From assembly GCF_006345805.1 (NCBI RefSeq), contig NC_043012.1, positions 18,972,001-19,036,000 of the forward strand: a stretch of DNA of 64,000 bases, read 5' to 3'. Every line of letters starts with the position of its first letter. The stretch's first letter is position 1. Of the stretch, positions 57,389 through 64,000 are shown piece after piece. Origin of the DNA: Octopus sinensis. Taxonomy: Eukaryota. Under the pieces are notes generated by a model, which made no database searches, had not been told where the DNA came from, and saw only the letters and a list, made by a program, of their open reading frames with translations. The position numbers and the translations under genes were made by a program.

Positions 57389-58473
57389 ACGTATATATAC
57401 ATACATACATACATACATACATAAATATATCTGTGTCGTGTGTGATTTGCTGGAGGTTTCTATATATGAATACCAATCAGTTTCAACTGAATAAAAACTG
57501 ACAATAAAAGCATTATAAAGTTTTTCTTTTTTTAAATCAATGTAATATCATTATTCAGACTGGGAATATCCATTTAGTTACTTAGAGGCGTTCATACCTC
57601 ATACATCATGTTAACAAAATAAGAAATTTCATGAATTGTAAATGAAGTATATGGAAATATACATATTCGTAGACAAATAAACACTGTGTTACTAAGAATA
57701 TCATTACGGGGAGAACCACAATAGTAGACCGTATCTATCTGTATGTTGGTCTGTCCGCCATTCTGTAAGTCTATTTCTCTTAATACCTAGCTTTCGCACT
57801 CTCTCACATTCCGTGTATACGTAATCCACACATTCATACATTCATTCCTCCTTTCTTCCATCACTCCATGGCCCCATATATGTATGCGTGCATGTGTGTG
57901 TTTATGCATATATCTGGATGTATCTATTAATATATAGAATTAGAGGCAGACAGAGAATGACAGATATGCTGATAGATACGGATAGACTGACACTTAATAT
58001 CGTTATGAGTATATTCGTTATAAACCTAGTAATCGCTGAAGGATTATACTTTTAAAGGTTTTTGCAGTTATCTTTTTCTCCATGCACACGTATCTATGTT
58101 TACATACGCTGTTGTATACATATACATGCATTTAGAAAATACAGAAAAACTTATATTAATATACATATAACTATTTACTTCTAAACGTCTTTATCTCTGC
58201 TCGTGAATGATGGATAATACTTTGGTTTAAATACAAATAGAAATCTCATGGGACAAAAAAGTAACTAAAATATATTTATATTGATGTTCAGCAGAAAATT
58301 CGCTATTGATGTACAACGGCGATATGTTCCATAGATACAATAAAAAGATGTATTACAATAGAGAAAAATAAAAAAAAACACAGAAACTGTGCAAAATATG
58401 TAAACTATGTAAATATACCATCAACGCTGATAATATCTACCCCTCAAACTATCTCTCTCTCTCTGTCTCTGTC

Positions 58474-58477
<4 letters not shown>

Positions 58478-58566
<89 letters not shown>
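58478..58566. repeat. (TATC)n microsatellite
   Basis: A pure TATC array. A similar (TAGA)n array lies at 9971-10062. Confidence 0.95.
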
Positions 58567-58631
58567 ATGTCTATCTGTCTATCTATATGTCTATCTGTCT
58601 GTCTATCTAACTATCTGTGTTTGTGTGTGTT

Positions 58632-58675
<44 letters not shown>

Positions 58676-60503
58676 TATATATATGTAATATATATATATA
58701 TATGCATATATATATGTATATACATGTATATATATATGCATATACATATATATGTATATATATATACATATATATGTATATATGTATGTATATATATATA
58801 TATACATACATACACACATATATATATATGTATACATATACATATATATGTATATATACTACTATTACTACTAGTTTTACTACCAGTACAACTACTACTT
58901 TACAGCAAATTTGATTTGCACCTGGATATATGTCAACAAAAAATAAATTTGCATCATAATTTCAATCCAGAATATTAGAATTTTTACTCGAAGCTGTGAT
59001 CCAAGAAATAAGGACACTGATTGATAAGTATTATTTGTTTATTTATTTCCACGTGTTTTCTCATAGAACATACTTTTTGCCCTAGGCGTATTAAACATGC
59101 CCTTTATTTAAAAGTAAAGCGTATTATGTGATTATATAGGAGCATCTCAATATCTCGTTCATTTGCTATGGCATTCAATGACAATTTTTCAATTATTTTC
59201 CATCACAAATGGATGTATGTCTGTTCAAATCGATTTATTCTTTATTACGTTTCCATCTTCATCGTCTTCAATAAATATGAACACTTATAATCACACTAGA
59301 ATGAAAAGTGGAATCAGCATTTAATATAGAATCAAGTTTGCTTATATTTCATACCTGCAATTATGTTCCTATTTTATACTGTCCATCCTATACGTTATAG
59401 ATTTCACATACATAAATTTTCCCCGTAGGTTTATATGTAACATTTGTTTCCCATCGCAACTCAAAATGAATATGTATACTGACGTGTATCACAAACCTAT
59501 GTAGGTTTTTCTCGGACTATACTTTCTGTATTTAAGGGAAAATATTGAGGAAGTGTTACGAAATTTAGTACTTGTTATTTTAAATTTAATATTACGTAGC
59601 TTTGTCCGACTAGGCTTGTGATATCGTAACACTGATACATTTCAGTTGAACATACATGGGGGTTACCAAATCCCGATATAATTGAAATCTGTACGATAGA
59701 AAATTGACGTTGGTTCATTTCTTTATAAAGGTTTCACTGTCCATGCTTAACTGCAGAAAAAAAGGAAACGTAACAGTGATTGGTACTGAAGAAAGAGTGT
59801 CGAAGAATACCTTTACTGAAACTATATATCCGTTATTCGCATATCTGAAACCCATTTGCAAAAGAACCAGGAAAAATTTCATCTTGTATGATGTCACGTA
59901 TGAATCTGTCTGTGAGCAATTCGTCTACTAGATGCTCAATCTCGCTACTCCAACACCTAATACAACACAGTGATATTCCAACAATTCTTGACCTAAAATT
60001 GCAACATTATGTCTGCATTTTACGCGTATTCTTCTTTCGACCTGTTAAAGAAACCATTCGTCTACTCAGCCTGGAAAAAAATGAATGATTTAATACGATT
60101 CGATAATGATATTTTTTGTGAGCAAAATTCATGAAAGAATGTTGGCGAAGTTTTATTAAAATCTGCCCTGCTGTTCTGAAGGAGAGACAAAAGCTATAAT
60201 TTAATAACTAGCAGTTAGTGTACATGAAGTAATAGAAAGGGTATTTATCTTTGTAATAAAAATATGTATCGATAATTATTGCATTTATTGACCCAGTCTG
60301 CTACATATGACGTTCCGAAATATCAGTTGTCCTCTAATCTATCCATTGGTGTATATATCTCTATATTTATTTCCAGAATATAAGGCACTTCCTTTGGCAA
60401 AATTTCAATTTCATAGAAGTTACTTTCGCAATGTAATTGTCCTTTTGAGCCGCAAACACAAAGAAAAATATGCGCACGCACTCACAGTAGAACAGTTGTA
60501 TAT

Positions 60504-60567
<64 letters not shown>

Positions 60568-60597
60568 AGATTCTTTATGTGAATTGAAGCATATTCT

Positions 60598-60720
60598 GTT
60601 GCGTTTGGGGAGAGTCGTTCTCTATGGTGCCTTATAATTTAAGTAAATGAGTGGAAAGTTTACCGGTGAGTGTGTTAAATTATAAGGCACTAAAGTTGAA
60701 TGACTCTCCCCAGACACAAC
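60598..60720. repeat. 123-bp palindromic (hairpin/MITE-like) element
   Basis: The arms 60598-60642 and 60675-60720 are reverse complements at about 39/46 positions, with a 32-nt spacer. Confidence 0.85.
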
Positions 60721-60802
60721 AGTATATAATAGACTTCTATATGTAAGAGATGAGGAATTATGTACATTATTTACATTATTTACATTTGACGGATATTTGT
60801 GA

Positions 60803-60886
<84 letters not shown>

Positions 60887-60888
<2 letters not shown>

Positions 60889-61440
60889 CAGTATCAGGCA
60901 GTGGCTCTCATGGCTTCTGACATAAACTGATTGGAAGTGTTATCATGTACATTGTTTTGTTTGTTTTGTCTTGGTATAAAAGATGGGCTACAGCAAATAT
61001 TCTGCTCAATACCACAGATTTGATTGTTATTCGTTTGACCTTAACCAGTTAAGCATGTCCCTTAGTGGCTGATGATATGTGCATCTCTGATCACGTGCAG
61101 ACGTAGTGGGGAGCATCATAGCCATGTGTTGAGAGGGATTTCTTTGGGGTTTGAAAAACTAACCTCTGGAGACATGGGTAGGTCGTTCAACATCCTTAAA
61201 CCACCCTTACTCAGGGACCTTTTGAGCGGGATGAGTTATTCTACTAGAAGAAAATTCTCATTGGGCCTCACCTGCAAGGTCACGTGCTGTTTATCTTGAT
61301 ATTAGATCACCATGTCACGCACATATGGTTGTGATGATGTACCTAGTGTACTCTTATGAGACGGGTAGTTATGATGGGTATACTGGGCTTCGTATATTTT
61401 ACCTCAGTGTCACTTTGATGACATGCACTGCTCTCTCACT
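60887..61440 (+). mobile_element. Probable LINE 3' UTR embedded in an (AAT)n tract (Dong/R4-like behaviour)
   Basis: A ~550-bp GC-richer block ends ...GCACTGCTCTCTCACTC-(AAT)n and is bounded by (AAT)n at 60806-60886 and 61441-61500. No ORF identifies the clade. Confidence 0.6.
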
Positions 61441-61441
61441 C

Positions 61442-61501
<60 letters not shown>

Positions 61502-61547
61502 GAAAACTACCTTAGGAATGAGAACCCGGGTTCAAAATATCCCCAAT

Positions 61548-61591
61548 ACACCTGATGAAGACTGGAGGGTATATCAGCCGAAACGTTGTGT
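61548..61591 (+). ncRNA. Hammerhead ribozyme-like motif (extra A after A9) in a probable Penelope-type terminal repeat
   Basis: ACAC-CUGAUGA-a-GACUG-gagggauauau-like 10-nt loop-CAGCC-GAAA-CG-UU-GUGU. Stem I is 4 bp, stem II is 4/5 bp (one A-C mismatch), and stem III is the palindrome AACGUU. Confidence 0.65.
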
Positions 61592-62189
61592 TAACAACAT
61601 TTACATACATAAAAACGTGCATACAGAGAGAGATAATATTTATATAATATACATATATAAAGCGATAAATAGAGTGAAAGAGAAAGATACAAATGTACAA
61701 ATAGCTGTATATCTATATCTTTCGCTTTATCTGTCTGTCTCTCTGGTTTCTCCCGATCTATCTGTTTATTTATACATACATAATACATACATACATACTT
61801 ACATACATATATACATATATACATACATACTGACATGCATACAGCATATTTGCTATAGAATAAATTTTATATTTTATCCAATTTAATTTACGTTTTACTT
61901 GAACATGACAGGATCTGCACGATAATGCAATATAACACCCGCTGATTTAAATTTCATCTCATCGTATATAACCTGACGAACTGTGCGAATACATGCACTC
62001 ATTTTCTCACTCTTTTTAAATAATGTATTACAATCCACAATTCACCATATTTCTTAAATTTGAGTAATCGGTGAAAATGTTTTGATAATTTCAGGTCAGC
62101 AATTGTGAAAATAATCTCCAGTTATGAACATTTATTGTTATAATCAGGAAATGCATACAAATTATTGTTATCTAATGCGTCGTACATTT

Positions 62190-62440
62190 CTTTTCTTCTT
62201 TAATTTGTTTCAGTCATTTGATTGCGGCCATGCTGGAGCACCGCATTTAGTCGAACAAATCGACCCCAGGACTTCCTACTTTGTAAGCTTAGTACTTATT
62301 CTATCGGTCTCTTTAGCCAACTTCTTAAGCATCGGTTGTCAAGCGATGGTGGGGGACAAACACATATACACACATACACGTATATATTGAACATGGAACC
62401 ATGTGGCTGGTAAGCAAGCCACTTAACACACAACCACTCC
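62190..62440 (-). mobile_element. SINE family A copy with internal deletion
   Basis: The 3' body (TTTGTTTCAGTC...GGCCATGCTGGAGCACCGC...) is joined to the 5' head (GGAACCATGTGG...CAACCACTCC). Confidence 0.8.
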
Positions 62441-62736
62441 TTAATTATACACGTGCAACTTGTTCTTTTAGGGAAATTTAATTTATATGTTGTAAGTCAA
62501 TGCGCAACGGATTGGTTAACTACCTGTATTGTTAGTGATGCTGTTGTTTGTATTCTAGCTTAGCTACGGCCTTGAGCCATTTCAGCTGACATGCTACCTG
62601 GGAGAATTACATTCATTTTATAAATATATTAGAATACATTAAGCAAATTATATTCTAACGATATTAATGCAGAATTTGAGTAATTTGAACAATATCTCGT
62701 GTCTGTTCTTATATACTGGATTGCTTTTTTTAAAAG

Positions 62737-63056
62737 ACTCCGCAGGTTACGACGACGAGGGTCCCAGCTGATACGATCAACGGAACAGCTTGCTCGTGAA
62801 ATTAACGTGCAAATGGCTGAGAATTCCACAGACACGTGTACCCTTAACGTAGTTCTCGGGGATAATCAGCGTGACACAGAGAGTGACAAGGCTGACCCTT
62901 TGAAATACAAGTACAACTCATTTTTGCCAGCTGAGTGGACTGGAGCAACGTGAAATAAAGTGTCTTGCTCAAGGACACAACGCGTCGCCGGGAATCGAAC
63001 TCACAACCTTACGATCATGAGCCGAATGCCCTAACCACTAAGTCACGCGCCCTCAC
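62737..63056 (-). mobile_element. Full-length tRNA-derived SINE family B
   Basis: It is closely similar to 44658-44982 and has the same tRNA-like head with A and B boxes. Confidence 0.9.
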
Positions 63057-63689
63057 ACACTGGATTGCTCTCTCTCTCTATATATATATATTTAAAAAAA
63101 ATTTAAAGGATTTCTTCGTTAGTCGTTTTTGCAATTACATATATAGAGAGGATTGTATCACATTACTGGCAAGTGCGATACGGTATACTAATATCTAGGT
63201 TGTTCTACATGTAATCTCGATTCGAAGAACAAATCCAACGTTTCAGTATTCAGCATTGAAGGGCTAAAATATAACAATGAAACAGATTTTAAGATCATAT
63301 GAGAGAAACGAACTATGATATCACCCCCCCCCCCCCCAACAGATAATAATGAGATTCTGAAATGTAATCAGCTTTATTAGATTGCAAGAAAATAGAATGT
63401 TAATTTAATGAATATATTATTTAAATGACTAAGATTTTTATCCAGAATCATTAATGTCGTCTGATAAAATATATGCAAGCAGAAGAAGCAAAAGCTAATG
63501 AATGGCTTTGAAATTTATTAGAAGCATACAAATCCATTTTTTGTCCTCGGGTCATTCGCTTTCACAAAGATTAATGTTTCTCGCATAGAAAAGCGAAACA
63601 TAGCTGGCAGAGACTATCAACTAGGTTGAGCAAATGGTATTTCTAACCGTGTATATGTGTATACTCGCACACGCAGACATACAGACATA

Positions 63690-63765
<76 letters not shown>

Positions 63766-63914
63766 AGTATATATACACAAGCATACATATATTTTTATAC
63801 GCACATATGGATATACATATATATATATATATATATATGGATATAAACATGTATATATATACATGTAGATATATATATATGTACACACACACACACCACA
63901 CACACACATATATA

Positions 63915-63945
<31 letters not shown>

Positions 63946-64000
63946 CATATACAGACCATGCCCGTTAATTATTATAGATGAATAGGAAATGCACATTGTT

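Noticed and set aside
61971-62000. CTGACGA-ACTGTGC-GAAT hammerhead-like motif
   Set aside because: It has GAAT instead of GAAA, and neither stem I nor stem II pairs.

Overview
AT-rich, repeat-dense eukaryotic (animal) genomic DNA. The SINE families and the (TA)n/(CA)n/(TATC)n/(AAT)n microsatellite load resemble octopod cephalopod (Octopus-like) DNA; this is recognition, not a database result. There is no prokaryotic gene, operon, rRNA, true tRNA or CRISPR array, and no confidently identifiable host protein-coding gene. Most ORFs in the track are microsatellite artefacts (IYIY, CVCV, HTHT). The supportable content is mobile DNA: a young 5'-truncated Penelope-like element (RT thumb + GIY-YIG, 310 open codons) and two older opposite-strand Penelope remnants; a CR1-type LINE RT (45.7-47.4 kb) and an older CR1 fragment; a decayed mariner transposase (29.8-30.6 kb); Tigger- and mariner-like MITEs; at least three tRNA-derived SINE families; and several LINE 3' tails. 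The most interesting signals are three minimal type-I hammerhead ribozyme motifs on the + strand, each with a different palindromic stem III. One at 2953-2992 has a compensatory U3:A8 core and sits just 3' of the Penelope ORF, one at 56116-56151 is an orphan with a perfect core, and one at 61548-61591 carries an extra A. Also notable are a composite direct-plus-inverted-repeat insert in a SINE (35143-35771), a twin 38-bp element containing minus-strand splice donors (22511 and 24148), and several low-confidence exon candidates.
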